From assembly GCF_000372725.1 (NCBI RefSeq), contig NW_005201286.1, forward strand, positions 1 to 64,000: 64,000 nucleotides of DNA, read 5' to 3'. The stretch is from Emiliania huxleyi CCMP1516 (lineage: Eukaryota). The number at the start of each line of letters is the position of its first letter. Positions within the stretch are counted from its first letter, which is position 1. The notes beneath the pieces are model-generated. The model ran no database searches. It was given only the letters and a program-made list of their open reading frames with translations, and had not been told where the DNA came from. The position numbers and the translations under genes were made by a program. This document shows positions 12,931 through 25,463 of this stretch, in pieces.

Positions 12931-13049
12931 CGGGGTTCGGTCGCGTGTCGATCATCGGATGATCTCGGTGAATAGAAGACGCTGTCAGCATCTGGACCTA
13001 CGAGGACCAGGCATCACGGTCCACCAAAATAGCAAGCCAAGCTTCGCTC

Positions 13050-13532
13050 ATGGCGGCGCATTTCCCTGCATGGCAGCGCCCTTTGGAGCGCCCGGGCAAA
13101 GAAGAAGGTCGCGACAGCATGCTTGCCCAAGCCTTCCTGTCCTCTGCCGTGGCAGCGCCCCAACCACCGCAGCGACCGCCGCCGCGGCGTGAGGGCGGCA
13201 TGCTGCGCAAGAAGAAGCCTTTGCCTAGCTTGCCGGAGAGAAGATCCTCGCCGCAGGCGACTCGGGGGGCGAGCAGCAGGGCGAGCAGCAGGGCGAGGTA
13301 TGGCGAACCACGTCAGGACGCGCTGTGCAGCAATTGGAGGGCCGCAGCGCCCGTGACTGCCGCAGCGAACGGCTCAAAGGCTCCTGCGGACCCCGAGATG
13401 GTTCGCAAGGCGAGGCTGTGCGAGGAGAAGGCAGTGCGTCAGGAGCGTTGGGTGGCGATGTGGGACAGACCAATTTCTGACCGGGGCTCGACGCCGAGGA
13501 CGCCAGAAAATAATCCGTACTCGCTGAGCTGA
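13050..13532 (+). CDS. Hypothetical protein (160 aa)
   Basis: ATG-initiated ORF with non-repetitive composition. No recognised domain. Confidence 0.35.
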   Translation: MAAHFPAWQRPLERPGKEEGRDSMLAQAFLSSAVAAPQPPQRPPPRREGGMLRKKKPLPSLPERRSSPQATRGASSRASSRARYGEPRQDALCSNWRAAAPVTAAANGSKAPADPEMVRKARLCEEKAVRQERWVAMWDRPISDRGSTPRTPENNPYSLS

Positions 13533-14117
13533 CTGTGAGGGCGCGTGGCTTGACCTTGCACCTTGGCCCGCCACGCACCGAAGGCTTGGCCGAAAGCCCT
13601 ACATTGCACCGCCAGGCCTACCGCAGGTGTGCTGAGCGCGAACGGGCGGATGCGCACCAGAGGGGTCCGCCTCCCGGGGGACTGTGCTGTGTGCTGTCGG
13701 CTGGTGAAAGCGCGTCCCTCGCGTACCAAGGTACGGCTTTATGGGGATTATGCTGACGTACCTTGTGTGGACGCGCAGTGGCAGAAATTGGGGATGATGT
13801 AATGCATGTCCGGGTGAGTATCAAGCAATCTCTGTATTCGCCCAAATAATACACACACGCGCGCGCGGAGCGCAGCTGCCACACCCACAGCGGTCAGCGC
13901 GCTGCACCTGCAGGTGCAGCTCTCTGCCTCTGGGTCTGCTCAAAGCTCCGTCTCCTGTCGCTCTCTCACTCTCTCCTCTCTCGACAGCGAGCGCCCATCT
14001 AGATAGCCTCGGGCCTACGCGCGCCTCTTCGCCCCCATAGATTGCCGGCGCGAGGACTCTCTTGCCCCCGGCAGCAAGCGACGAACCACCACCGCCGCCC
14101 TCTCGACTCTTCCCTCC

Positions 14118-15947
14118 TCAGTGCAAGCTCTCGAGCCTCGCCACGCCATCGCGACGCCGTGCCGCCACGCGCGCCGCCACGAGGAGCGGCAGAGCGGCGG
14201 CAACGAGCACGAGCGCCGCGGAGAGGAGGGCCCGCGCTGATACCGCGCCCGCGAAGCCGCGCACTGTGGCGGCTGGTTGATCGGGCAGCAGCCACCAGCC
14301 GCCGCCGGCCTGCGGGTGGCGGGTGTTTGTGTGGCGGGTGTGTGTGGCGGGTGTGTGTGGCGGGTGTGTGTGTGTGTGTGTGTGGCGGGTGTGTGTGGCG
14401 GGTGTGTGTGAGAGGGGCGAGGTGGGGGGGGGAGGGGGGGGGGGCTTCACGTGGGAGCGAGACGATGAGGGGAGTGAGGCGTCGGGGGGGGGGGGCTACC
14501 ATATCACCCACGGGACCGAACCCACACTGGGTTCGATCCTCTGGAGGTATGGTAGGCCTGAGCGAGTCCTCTCCACCGGGGGGGAGGGGGCATATGTGCA
14601 GGCCCCCAGTACGGATGTCGGGGCTCCTCACCACCCCCCGAGGTCCACCGGTGTGAAGGGGTACCCGCTGGGGGGTACCCGCAGTGTCAATCCGCCGAGT
14701 GTGGGTGGGAGACGCAGCCACTGGGTGGGGCAGACGCAGCCGGGCACGCGACGGGCACGGCGCTACGCCTCGCCTCCTCGGGCGGCACACCGTAGCCGTC
14801 GCACACGCCGCAAGTCGCGCGGCAGACGCGGGAGGCAAGAGAGGGCGCGGCGGCACACACGCCGCGGCTGTCGTCGGAGCAGCCTGAGGAGCCCACACTG
14901 AGAGCGCTCATGGGGGGGGAGGAAGGAAGGGGCAGAAGGCGTGGCTGTCGGCGGAGAGCAGCCTGCGACATCACTAGGAAGTGTCTAGGAAGTGTCTAGG
15001 AAGTGTCTAGGAAGTGACTAGGCGGAGAGCAGCCTGCGACGGTGTCGACACACGGCGGCAGAGCGGGCGGCAGCGGCGGAGGTGCTGGCGGCGACGTGGC
15101 GGTGCAACATCCTGCGCACGCGTCTCCGCAGAGCAAGGCAGCCTCCTCACAGTGCTGTCCGATGCGCCGCATCTCCAAGCAAGTCGCGCGGCCGCACATC
15201 GCGCGGCACGCCGGAGGGGCGGTCTGGGGCGGCGGGTGAGGGGCTGGCGGAGGAGGCCGCGCCGCCGCCGCCGCTGCTTTGTCCGCCAGCCTGCCAAGCT
15301 GTTGCTGCTGCTGCCGCTGCTGCTGCTGCGCGCTGACACGCGCTGGGCCGTTGCTGCCCAGGCGCTGGTACTCGTCCTCCGCGCCGGGCAGGGACAGCCC
15401 GGAGCCGGCGAAGCCGGCCTTTTGCAGCGCCGCACGGCCATTGCCGGTCAGCTCGTTGCCGAGTAGCCCCAGCGTCTCCAGGGCGGTGTTTCGCTCGAGC
15501 GCAGCGCCGAGGGCAATGGCGCCGCGGTCTCCGATCGCGTTGTTCTCGAGGTAGAGCGTCGCCAGCCCCGAGCCAGGCGAGGAGAGCGCGTCGGCGAGGG
15601 CGACGCAGCCCTGTCCGGCGGAGGCACGGTGTGAGTCGGCGGAGATTGGTGAGGCGTCGAGTGGCCGTGAGTGGCCGTGACCATTGGCGCACCTCGTCGC
15701 CGATTCCGTTGTTAATCAGGCTCAGCTCCAGGACGCTCGGAGCATCGGCCAGTGATGTAGCAAGCACCTTGACTCCGGAGTCACCAAGGCCAGCGTCGCT
15801 CAGGGAGAGCACGGTGCAATCCTTGAGCTTGAACGACCAGCCCGGTGCCCATGGCAGCCTCCTCCCGACGTCTTTGATTACGCACTCCTTGGAAAAAGCG
15901 CCACCGAGCAGCAGCGTCGTGAGGCCAAACGTGGAGAGGGAAGGCAT
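14118..15947 (-). CDS. Signal peptide + RNI-like leucine-rich repeats + Cys-rich ShK-like modules + C-terminal TM; multi-exon
   Basis: MPSLSTFGLTTLLLGGAFS leader. LRRs LSLSDAGLGDSG, LSLINNGIGDE and LYLENNAIGDRG. Cys motifs CGDACAGC and CRATCGVC. Terminal hydrophobic ALLSAALVLVAAALPLLV. Confidence 0.6.
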
Positions 15948-16683
15948 CTCGGCTGCTTCTTTGGCCTTGTGGGCGGGCCTCTGACGTCGGACCAAGGCGG
16001 TGACGTTGGGCTTCGAAAAAACGAGATTGGAGAGGGCCTCGTGTAGCCCTCCTTTTGGTATATATAATAAAAAAACGATGCCGAGGCGGCGTTGCCGTGC
16101 TTCAGCATGTAGCGCGCGATGATCGCCTCCTTCGTGGGCCGCAAGCACAGGTACTTCGCGTTCTATTCCGCGCCGGTGAGCTGCGTGCGGGAAGTGCTTG
16201 CCCGGGACCACCACGTCCATGCCCATGGTCTGGAGCGTCGTGTTGGCTGGCGGCATGAGAGCTGAGGCTGTTCGTTTCGCGCGACGGTGCACAGCTTATT
16301 CGCGCGCACCGCTGGTGTGAACCAAAAAGAACGGGGGAAAACAGGCAGAATCTTGGAGAGCGAGAGAGAGAGAGAGAGCGAGAGAGAGAGAGGCTTTGAG
16401 AGAGATTCTTGAGGAGGCTTTGTACAATCTGTGACGCAGCCGCTACGCTGCCACCGCGCGCAAAATAGCGGCTTAGGCGCGCGAGCGCATGCCTGCTTTT
16501 CTCTATACTCTTTACCCACACCCGCCCGGGGGATCTACAGCAAGCAGCCGCCAGCCCATTGCGACACAGATCGTGTGCTGTTCGGCGAAACTGCGTTTAA
16601 GCTTTTTCTTTTTGGAGAGCGCATTCTTCGCGCGACTTTTTCTTTTTTGCTTGGCCAATCCAGTGTTTGCTCGACCCTCGACG

Positions 16684-17544
16684 ATGGGCTGCTCGTCGAG
16701 CAAGCCGGACGCTACGGCCGCGCAGAAGCAGGCTGGAGCTCCGGAGCAGGCTGGGCCTCCGGATGCGGATACCAAGGACACCAGGGCGGCGGCTGCAAAG
16801 GATGCCTTCGCGACTGTCGACAAGTCAGGAGACGGTAAGGTCTCGATGCCCGAGGCGAAGAAGGCGCTCGAGGCAGCCTTCCCAAAGCTCGGTAAGTATG
16901 TCGCCAAGGCCTTCCTGGCGTCGGACGACGACGGCAGCTTCTATCTCGACCGGGAGGAGTACGAGGCGGTGCACGCATGCCTCGCCTCGTTTGCTGCGGT
17001 CGACACGAGCGCCGACGGCAAGGTGAGCGTGATGGAGGCGAAAGCGGCCCTCGCAGCCGAGTTCGCCGCGGTGACGATCCCGACCACCTTCTTCTTGACG
17101 TCCGATGCAGACGGCGATTTTTACCTCTCCTTGCCGGAGCTCGTCGGGTTGCGGCAATCGGTCGCCGCGTATGCGGACGCTGACAAGAGCGGCGACGGAA
17201 AGATCTCGATGCCGGAGGCCAAGAAGCTGCTCGTCGCGCGCTTTCCAAGGCGCGCAAACACGGTCGCCGAGTTCTTCCTCGCGGCAGACGAGACGAAAGA
17301 CTTTTATCTCTCGCTGGTCGAATTCTCGTCGCTCATGCGCACCTTCGCGTCCTTTACGAAGGCCGACCGCAGTGGCGACGGCAAGGTCTCACTGCCTGAA
17401 GCCAAGAAGGCCGTCGCGAATGATTTCGGTGAGGGGCCGCTCAAGAAGCTCACTGCGCTTTTCATGGAGTACGACGGAAAGGGCGGCGACTTTTACTTGC
17501 AGCCCAAGGAGTACTATGCGCTGCATAAGGCGCTTGCGGCGTAG
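16684..17544 (+). CDS. Intronless multi-EF-hand calcium-binding protein with MGCSSSK myristoylation/palmitoylation motif
   Basis: Four paired units DKSGDGKVSMPE / D-x-DGDFYLS-x-x-E (about 8 EF-hand-like loops). Confidence 0.85.
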   Translation: MGCSSSKPDATAAQKQAGAPEQAGPPDADTKDTRAAAAKDAFATVDKSGDGKVSMPEAKKALEAAFPKLGKYVAKAFLASDDDGSFYLDREEYEAVHACLASFAAVDTSADGKVSVMEAKAALAAEFAAVTIPTTFFLTSDADGDFYLSLPELVGLRQSVAAYADADKSGDGKISMPEAKKLLVARFPRRANTVAEFFLAADETKDFYLSLVEFSSLMRTFASFTKADRSGDGKVSLPEAKKAVANDFGEGPLKKLTALFMEYDGKGGDFYLQPKEYYALHKALAA

Positions 17545-20500
17545 AGGTCTCAGAAATCGAGACATGGGGTGTGGAGGTGCTCACACGCTGGTTCGCTGTT
17601 GGGCCGACCCGAGCCACTTGGCTTGGCGTGCCTTCTGCGCTCTGATGACTGCTGGCCTGGGGCTGCCGAAAAACGGCTGCTACGTCTAAGAGCGGACCGC
17701 GCGTGCGCATATGTAGTGGGGTCCCGTAGAGGCCAGGTAGAGGCCTCCTGGCCGGGCTCGTAACGATTCTGAAACTCAAAATTCCTAAAGGCTCGAGCCT
17801 CGCCGCGGCGCCTCTCACGGTCCCGGCAGAGACCAGAGTCGGCCTAGACAGCCACACGCTCTCGAACGTCCCTATCATTGAAAGTAGCAGAGGGGTCGCG
17901 CCACACGCTCTCCGAATGGGATTTTCTGCCCTGCCCCTGTCACGGCCCCGCCTACCTCCCGGAGGCCCGCCCGGCCATGCAATCCGCCGCCGGACCGCCC
18001 GGCGGGTCCAACCCGAAGCGGGCGACCGGCCGTTCGCACCGCTCGGCCGGCGGGGCGAGCCCCGCGGCCCTCGATCGCTCGCCCCGGGACGTGGCCCGAC
18101 CGGCCCACGCGCACGGCCTGGCCTCTACCGCCACTTTCGGCGGCGCAATTTGCGCCTTCATCGCTCTCTGGATCGTCCTGGCACCCATCGGACTCCTCCC
18201 GACGGTCGGCGGCGCCCACTCCGTGCACTTTGAGTCAGACTCGCTCTTCGGCAGGCACGCTCTTCGGCAAAAAGTCGCCGCCGGCTGTCCACGCCGAGCC
18301 GGCCTGCTGCCGGCTCGCACGGCAGCCTTTTCCTCTCGACCAGCCTCAACTTCCGTACAGTCAACATTTTGTCGCTGCGTGCTCGTTGCGAGCCGGGCGG
18401 CGGTCAAAGTTTGCCCAGACGAGCGCCAGGCGATAGTCCCGTCTCTGTTCGCCCTGTGCATGTCAGGCCAGGCTGCAGCGGGGCACGACCATCGTGCTGC
18501 CCTGTTGCAGCCTGACGTTTCCCACTGTGCACAGCCGCCAGAGCACCACCACCGCCCGGCATCGTGTCACGGCGAGCTCCTTCTGCACCCGTTCGCGAGG
18601 CTCTTGCGCTGGCACACTTCGGCCTTCCGCTGCTCGCGTTCGGCGAGCTCTTCTCCGCACTCCTGCCACGGTGCCGTCGCCACACACCTTCTGGCCGGCC
18701 TGAGCCACGCGGACTCGACCTCTCTCCCTCTCTGGTGCACGCCACGGGCCGCGACGGCTGCTGGCAGCCGGCCGGCGTGAGGAGGCAGCGTTGCCGGCAC
18801 AGTCGAGCTGGAGTATCCGCTTCTTGATGCTTCTGCGGTCAAGCTTGACCTTATGTGACATGATATGCCACAATACTGCATGCTCTCACCCCTCAAAGTG
18901 TCGAATTTTTGTTTAGTACCGTGTGCCTTTCTTCAAACGAACAGGCTTCGAGGTTCGACAATCGCTAAAAGCTGCTTTTTGGGGGGGGGGGGGGGGGCAC
19001 CGCTGCGACTCCATTGGGGATGCCTGAGGCCACCCCAAGCACTCCCCAAGCCTTACGTGGACGAATTCAACCCTACTTTTTGTTCGTCTACCCACATTAG
19101 CAACTTCGTGCTCATGTCAACGCCATGCCAGCGCTAGCCCATTCAACCCCGCCCCCATTGGGGGCGGGGCCCTTCAAGGGCCTAACTCTAGTAGTTATTA
19201 TTGCAATCGAGGGACGTTTATCGACAGACGACAGCCCTTTCGCGATCAAAGCGACCATACCGACGCGGCGCAGCGTTTAACACCCTCTGATCGGTCGTTC
19301 AAAAGGACTGACGCTCCTACCTATACTCGTACCGTGCTACGGCTTTACCAGAGGTAGTAAGTCGCCCTCGCAGTCGCCCTCGCCGTCACACGCCCGCGCA
19401 ACCCCCGCTGTAGAGGGAGCGGACCGTGAGTTGAGGAAATCGGAGGACGCGACCCACTTCGCCACAGACGGTCCCGCGCCTCGCCGCTATGACGGGCACA
19501 CGCCCCGCACCGTCCGCTGTGTGCCCGTCTTTGTCCGGAGTGAATACTCCAACGCGCTCGTCGGTGACGGTGTCCTCCAACCTGCGCCGCGCTCGGCGAA
19601 CCTCGACAGCGCTTTCGGTGGCATGCAGCTCTTTGCGCCTGAAGCCTGGAGAGCAGCTCCTCGGCTGCTCACACACTCTGCACAGTTGACACAGCCTATT
19701 GTGCGGCTGCCACAGCTGTGACAGCGATGGGCTCGCCCTCACTGGCCCTCAGTCACTTGTGCTGCGGCTTGTGTGAGCGACACTGCTCGGCGACTGCCGG
19801 CACACTGTGAGACCATGGGTGTGAGGTTAAACCACGCTACCAGCGCTTGGTCACATCGGCCCCGAGGTCAGATCCTTCTACTCTGTTAGTGACAAGACTT
19901 GTCTACTCGCTGGAGCCGAGCAGGAGGGCCCAGCGCACAACCCCTGGTCAACTCACGGTCCACACCCCGTACAGCGCTCAGCGGGCCGAGCACGAGCCGC
20001 GGGTCGGGAAAGGCGTCCTGCGCCCGCGTGACGTCGTCGAAGGACACAACGCCCGGAAGGTCGTGTGTCCTCGGGCGGCGCATCGAGAGCTGATAATGGA
20101 CGTGCGGTGGCCAGCCTCCATTCTCGCGGCGCAGCGAGTCACCCATGGCACCGTGCGCCGGCGCGCAGCAGTGCGGAAACGGGGCTCCGGCTCCGTTAGT
20201 CTCCGTTAGCACCAACTTCCCGAATGATCACGGTTGATCAGAGGGCAGATTTGGAGAGATCTCGAGGAGTACATACAGATAGACCCTCCAACCATCAGAA
20301 ACCTCCGACCTGATCGGTCGTACTGACCGCCGACAGATCACTCCAGACAGCAGACAGGCCGACGAGCGACGTCAGCACACGGCCGGCCGGGCGAGAGGCT
20401 TGACACGATCCGGCCCTGCGACCCTGACGCTGCTGCTCTAGCTATCAGACATGCGCTGCTGACTGCTGCCACAATGTGCGACAGTGCTGGCCCACTTGGC

Positions 20501-21009
20501 GGCTTTCCCGGTCAGTGGTGAGGCGCAGTTCAGAGCTGTCGATGGCGCGATGCCGCACTGACTGGTCCCACATTGGTGATAAGCTCGTGCTCGAGGGCGT
20601 GAACCACATGCCTCGCAGCCTCATCGGCCACCTCGTCACTCCCAAGGGCTCCAAGGAGCACCCTTGGTGTATGGCTATGGGAGCGACAGCACGCTCGATG
20701 AGTGGTTGCCATGGCTCCGAAGAGGCGCGATGTGAGGCGATCTCTCTCTCCCTGTATCCTTTGTTTGGTTGCGCTAGAAAATGCCCCCGCCGGATTGCTC
20801 TGAGTACCCCAACTGCACACAAACACAAGACTTGTGTTTGTGTCATGTCTCTTAGCCTCAAGCTCAACGTCGACTCCGGACAGGGTGCACCCGAACGCGC
20901 GAGGCCGAAGGCCGAGCCGAATGGGGCGGCTGGACGCACAAGTGGTCTCCACAGGATCGTCTATCTGCGCTACGGCTGCCAGCCTGCGGAGGAGGCTTCG
21001 GAGAAGTCG

Positions 21010-22474
21010 CTAAAGGTGCAGCACCTTGGCCATCGCGGTGGTGGCCTCGGCCGGGCAGTACGGGCACTTGAACCGGACGGTGCGGCTTCCGCGCGCGAGT
21101 TTCGTCAGCGAGCCGAGCGCGAGCACGTGGCCGCACGGCAGCAGCATGGGCGGGTTTCCCGGCGTGGTCGGCTCCTTGGAGACGGGGCACGCAAAGATGG
21201 AGTGGTGCATGCGGTGCGTCGGGGGCAGCTCGAGCTCAACCGGGAGCTCGCCGCCCGACCTGGCAGCCAAGCTAGCTGAGTGTCGGTTGTGAGTCTGTGA
21301 GTCTGTGTGTCCCTCCAGCGTGCCGTCCTCTCCTGTCCCGCGTCCCCACCCACACCGCGCATGTGCCCAGTCCGAGCCGCTGTCTGCTCTTCTCTTCGCC
21401 TCAGTATCTATCTATCTGCCCGACCGCCACACGTCGACAAACTTGGGGCCGAGGAGGGAGGAGAGCTTGACCAGCCGAGGCAGCACCGCCTCCCCCGCCG
21501 CCACGCAGGAGCTGAGGGCAGACCCGCGCGGCAGGCCTAGACAAAAGAAAAGGCCGTCGTCCGCCCGAGATTTCGCTTTCGGGCGTCTCCGGCGGCTCGT
21601 CGAGCAAACCGAGCGCCGCGAGCGCCTCGCACGTGAGCGCCTCACAAGCCTCCTCCGCCAGGCTGGGCTCGAGCAGCCACTCATACCGCGAGCCGCGCAG
21701 CGCCGGCGCGAATGCGAGCGAGCCCATCAGAGACCGCACAGCTGCGATCCCGTGCGCGCACTCGCCCGCCGCCGCACCGCGCAGCACCGTCGCCGACAGC
21801 TCGATCTTGCCCCGGGGGGAGCGGCAGCCCTCACCGAGCGCGAGCGGGAGCAACCGCTCCCGAGCGAGCGCGAGGGCGGCCAGCGTCTCGCCTTTCTCGA
21901 GATGTGACACAAAGGCGAGTCGCGCGAGCAGGAACGGCAGCCGCGACCCGAGAGCCTCGAGCCGCTCTCGGTGGTCCGCCGCCCATGCCAGCGCCGGCGA
22001 GAGATCGCGAGCGCGCAAGGCGGAGAGGGCGGCGTGCAGCGCCTCGAGCGGCGCACGCAGCTGCAGCGTCGGCGCCGCGATCGCGTCGGCGGCTTCCCGC
22101 TCGAGGGCGAGCGCCACGTCGAACCGTCCGGCGCAGAGCATGTGCACGTAGAGCACCTGGACCAGCGCGCCGTCGTCGAGCGGCACGTCCGGCAGCGTGG
22201 GCTGGGGCATGGCCTTGCACACGGCCTTGCCCAGCTTGCGCACCGACGACTCGAGCTCGCGCGCCGTCGAGCTCTCTCCTTGCGCCACGCCAACCGCCTC
22301 GAGCTTGCTGCCGAGTGAGGCGAGCGCCGCAGCGCGAGAGTCGTCGTCAGCACCCGAGTCTTCCCAGGAGTCGAGGATCTGGAGCATCTCGTCCAGGCGC
22401 TGGGGAACGGTGTCGACCCGCTGCTTCTTGGCAACCTTGTCGAGCAGGCTGCTGATCAGGTCGATCTCCGACAT
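21010..22474 (-). CDS. RMND5: RMND5/GID2-like CTLH-complex RING subunit (about 3 exons)
   Basis: LisH/CTLH-like region (ALAWAADHRERL...LPFLLARLAFV) and C-terminal HSIFACPVSKE...NPPMLLPCGHVL...FKCPYCP, characteristic of RMND5/Gid2. Confidence 0.85.
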
Positions 22475-22654
22475 ACGGCCGTAACGTGGCGGACGGCGAG
22501 AGCCTGCGAGCCCATGGGATGCAGTCGTGTGAGCGGAGAGGGCTGGCCGGGATGGTGGGGGGTGGAATGGTGGGGTTAGTAGCACACACAGCCCGGCGAA
22601 GTGGATGGCCGGCTGTCTCCGCGGGGGTATTTCTTCTTGAGCGGGTGTACGGAG

Positions 22655-22930
22655 CTAAGTGCCTCGCCACCCTCGCAGGAGTCGCTTAGGCGGCTCCCGT
22701 GGTGTACCTGTGTTAGTGCCAGTGCGCGCCAGTCCCGTGCCCAGTGTTGTGCGAGGGAGTTTTGTTGTAAAATTCTTCTTGAGCTTGCCTTCCCGGTGGT
22801 GAGCCGGTGTCTGTTCTTCACCTTTCTACCTACCTACCTACCTACCGGTGTGTGTGCCAGTCCGCGCCAGTCCGCGCCCTTGTCGTGCCAGTGTGCTGTG
22901 AGAGAGGCTTGTATTTTAAGAATTCTTCTT
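22655..22930 (+). repeat. Two tandem copies of the dispersed 3'-anchored repeat family, separated by (CTAC)n
   Basis: ctaagtgcctcgccaccctcgcaggagtcgcttaggcggctcccgtggtg...gtaaaattc followed by a diverged shorter copy. Confidence 0.85.
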
Positions 22931-23632
22931 GAGAGCTGGTCCGCAGCGGCCCCCTGAGGTTTTTTGCTCAATCAAGACACAGAGCTCACACAAGATCACA
23001 GCGGGAGGAAAGCGGCGAGTCGCAATTCCTGGGGTCCTTGTGGCGGGCCACCCCTTCGGGAGAGCGAACATCTCGGGATACGTTTCACGGTGTCCTCCGC
23101 CGGGCGACATGAAGGCGTCAGTTGTTGTAGAGTACTTAAACGGTCCCTTGCCAAACCCGTCCCACCCTTTGCTGTGCTGCGCCAACACTCGGACGTGCCT
23201 CGGCACCACGACGGCGTGCCTCGGCACCACGACGGCCAGCGACCCAGCGAGGCTGGCGTGTGCGGTGAAAGGAGCGGCGACGGATTTACTCTAAACGCGA
23301 CGCTTGGCGTGGCGGCGATGATGAAGGCGCTGAGGCAAGAAGCGCGCCTCGCTTAATATTAGAAGCACGGACATTGCGCTCGTTTTTCTCAATTTTCGCG
23401 CCCACCGATCGCCTCGACGCGCTCTCGAGCCCCCGCTCGAGCCCCCGCTCGAGCCCCCGCCCCAGACCTCAGCGGCTGCGCCGGGTCGTCGTCGGCGCGC
23501 GGGCCGCCCAAGGACGCCGCCCAAGCGCGCGTCCGCCTCGGCGCCCGTGCACCGCGAGAGAGCCATCCGCTGGCGGGCGCCGTGCGACACACCGCCCTCT
23601 CTGACGTAGCCGCCGCGTCTCGACTCGGTGAT

Positions 23633-24988
23633 ATGGCGCCCGCCGCGAGCCCGCCCGCCACGCTGCTCGCCGACATCGCCGCCGCCGACCTCGCCTCGCT
23701 GCACGCCCACCTCTCCGGCCGGCGGACGCGCGGCAGTCTCAACGCGCGGCACGACACCGAGAGGCAGGACACGCTGCTGACTTGGGCGGCTCGTCACGGG
23801 CAGGCCGAGGCGGTGCGGCTGCTGCTTGGGGCCGGCGCGAGCGTCGGGGCGACAACGGGCGGCGACGGTGGTAGCAGCGTCGGCGCGTCGGCGCTGCTCA
23901 TCGCGTGCTCGACCGGCCACCTCGAGTGCGCCCGGCTGCTCCTCGAGGCGGGCGCGGCGAAGGACCAAGCCGCAGCGGACGGCGCCACGCCGCTGTTCGA
24001 TGCGTGCGAGTATGGCCACGTCGAGTGCGCCCGGCTGCTCCTCGAGGCCAGCGCGGCGGTCAACCAAGCCAACGCCAGAGGCGCCACGCCGCTGTTCATT
24101 GCGTGCGAGAATGGCCAACTCGAGTGCGTGCGGCTGCTCCTCGGCGCCGGCGCTTCGCTCAACCAGGCCACGGATTACGGCACCACGCCGCTGTTCATGG
24201 CGTGCCAGGAGGGCCACCTCGAGATCGCCCGGCTGCTGCGCGAGGCTGGCGCGGCGATCGACCAAGCTGACGCTGAAGGCGTCACACCGCTGAGTGCTGC
24301 GAGCCAGGAGGGCGAGGTCGATTGCGTCCGGCTGATGATCGCCGCTGGCGCTGCGGTGAACCAAGCAGATTCTGACGGCGTGACACCGCTGCTCGTTGCG
24401 TGCCAGGAGGGCCACCACAGCTGCGCCCGGCTGCTCCTCGAGGCTGGCGCGGCGGTCAACCAAGCCGCGGAGGACGGCGTCACGCCGCTGAACATCGCGT
24501 GCCAGGAGGGCCACCTCGAGGTCGCCAAGCTCCTCTCCTCCTACGGCGCCTCCCGCGCCGCTACGCCCCTCGGCACGCCCGAGGAGAACGCAACCAGCGC
24601 AGGCCACGCCGACCTCGCCGCCTGGCTGGTCGCCAGCCGCGGCTGGACGCCGCTCGCGCACCTTGAGACCCTCACCGCCGCCCGCGCTCTCTCCCTGCTG
24701 CGCAGCGGCGCAAGCCTGCACGAGGGCGAGCCGACGCCGCTGCAGCGCGCCGCGGGCGGCGAGGGCGAGGTGGCGGCGCTGGTCCGGCGGGCGGCGGCGC
24801 CGTGGTCGCCGGCAAGCCACTCGCTCTTCCCCGCGGCGGCCCGCGCGCAGGCGGCGCTCCTCGTCCTCTCGCTCTACGAGATCCACGAGCGGCAGCATCT
24901 CGATTCGGCAGGAGCCACGAACGGCATCGCGGCGCGCGACTTTGTCACGTGCGTGCTGCGCTTCGCGATCACGCGCGAGACGGAGTAG
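23633..24988 (+). CDS. Intronless ankyrin-repeat protein (about 8-9 repeats) with C-terminal WSPASHSLFP region
   Basis: Repeated G-x-TPL-x-x-ACQEGHLECARLLLEAGAAVNQA. Confidence 0.9.
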   Translation: MAPAASPPATLLADIAAADLASLHAHLSGRRTRGSLNARHDTERQDTLLTWAARHGQAEAVRLLLGAGASVGATTGGDGGSSVGASALLIACSTGHLECARLLLEAGAAKDQAAADGATPLFDACEYGHVECARLLLEASAAVNQANARGATPLFIACENGQLECVRLLLGAGASLNQATDYGTTPLFMACQEGHLEIARLLREAGAAIDQADAEGVTPLSAASQEGEVDCVRLMIAAGAAVNQADSDGVTPLLVACQEGHHSCARLLLEAGAAVNQAAEDGVTPLNIACQEGHLEVAKLLSSYGASRAATPLGTPEENATSAGHADLAAWLVASRGWTPLAHLETLTAARALSLLRSGASLHEGEPTPLQRAAGGEGEVAALVRRAAAPWSPASHSLFPAAARAQAALLVLSLYEIHERQHLDSAGATNGIAARDFVTCVLRFAITRETE

Positions 24989-25196
24989 GGGGTAGAACTC
25001 GAGGAGACGAGCGGGAACTTTTATTATTCTTGATACTCGGGACTCGCATCCCGCAAGCAAAGGCCTGCGGCATGAACCCCATGAACGGCGGAGCTCTATA
25101 CACGATAGCCGTATATTCTCTAGGAAGCGTCCACAATCTGCGCGGGTTGGGAACCGGGTTGCTGATGCTGTGCTTCGCCTTCCTATCAATCAATCT

Positions 25197-25275
25197 GTAG
25201 TGCCAGTGCGCGCCAGTCCCGTGTGCGCCTGCGCCCAGTGTTCTGCGAGGGCCTGTGTGTCCTATAAATTCTGTT
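25197..25275 (+). repeat. Truncated copy of the 3'-anchored repeat family
   Basis: gtagtgccagtgcgcgccagtcccgtg...ataaattc. Confidence 0.75.
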
Positions 25276-25463
25276 TTTTTGCGCGGGTTGGGCACCCCAG
25301 TCCCCACCCCCGCCCCCCCCCTCCCAGCCTGCAGCCATCTCGCTTCTGCATCTCTCCTACGTAGTACCTAGAAGTTCAGATCTTAGTGAAGCTCTCTTCT
25401 TCATGATTTATTGTGCGGACGCCGATGTGTACAAACCGCGCCCGCGTCCAGAGGAGCGCATCC

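Noticed and set aside
17878..18780. 300-aa ORF
   Set aside because: Non-ATG start, no recognisable motifs, composition typical of chance GC-rich ORFs.
19380..20960. Several short ORFs on both strands
   Set aside because: No consistent exon chain or family motif could be recognised.
23291..25189. 632-aa minus-strand ORF
   Set aside because: Antisense shadow of the ankyrin gene in GC-rich DNA.
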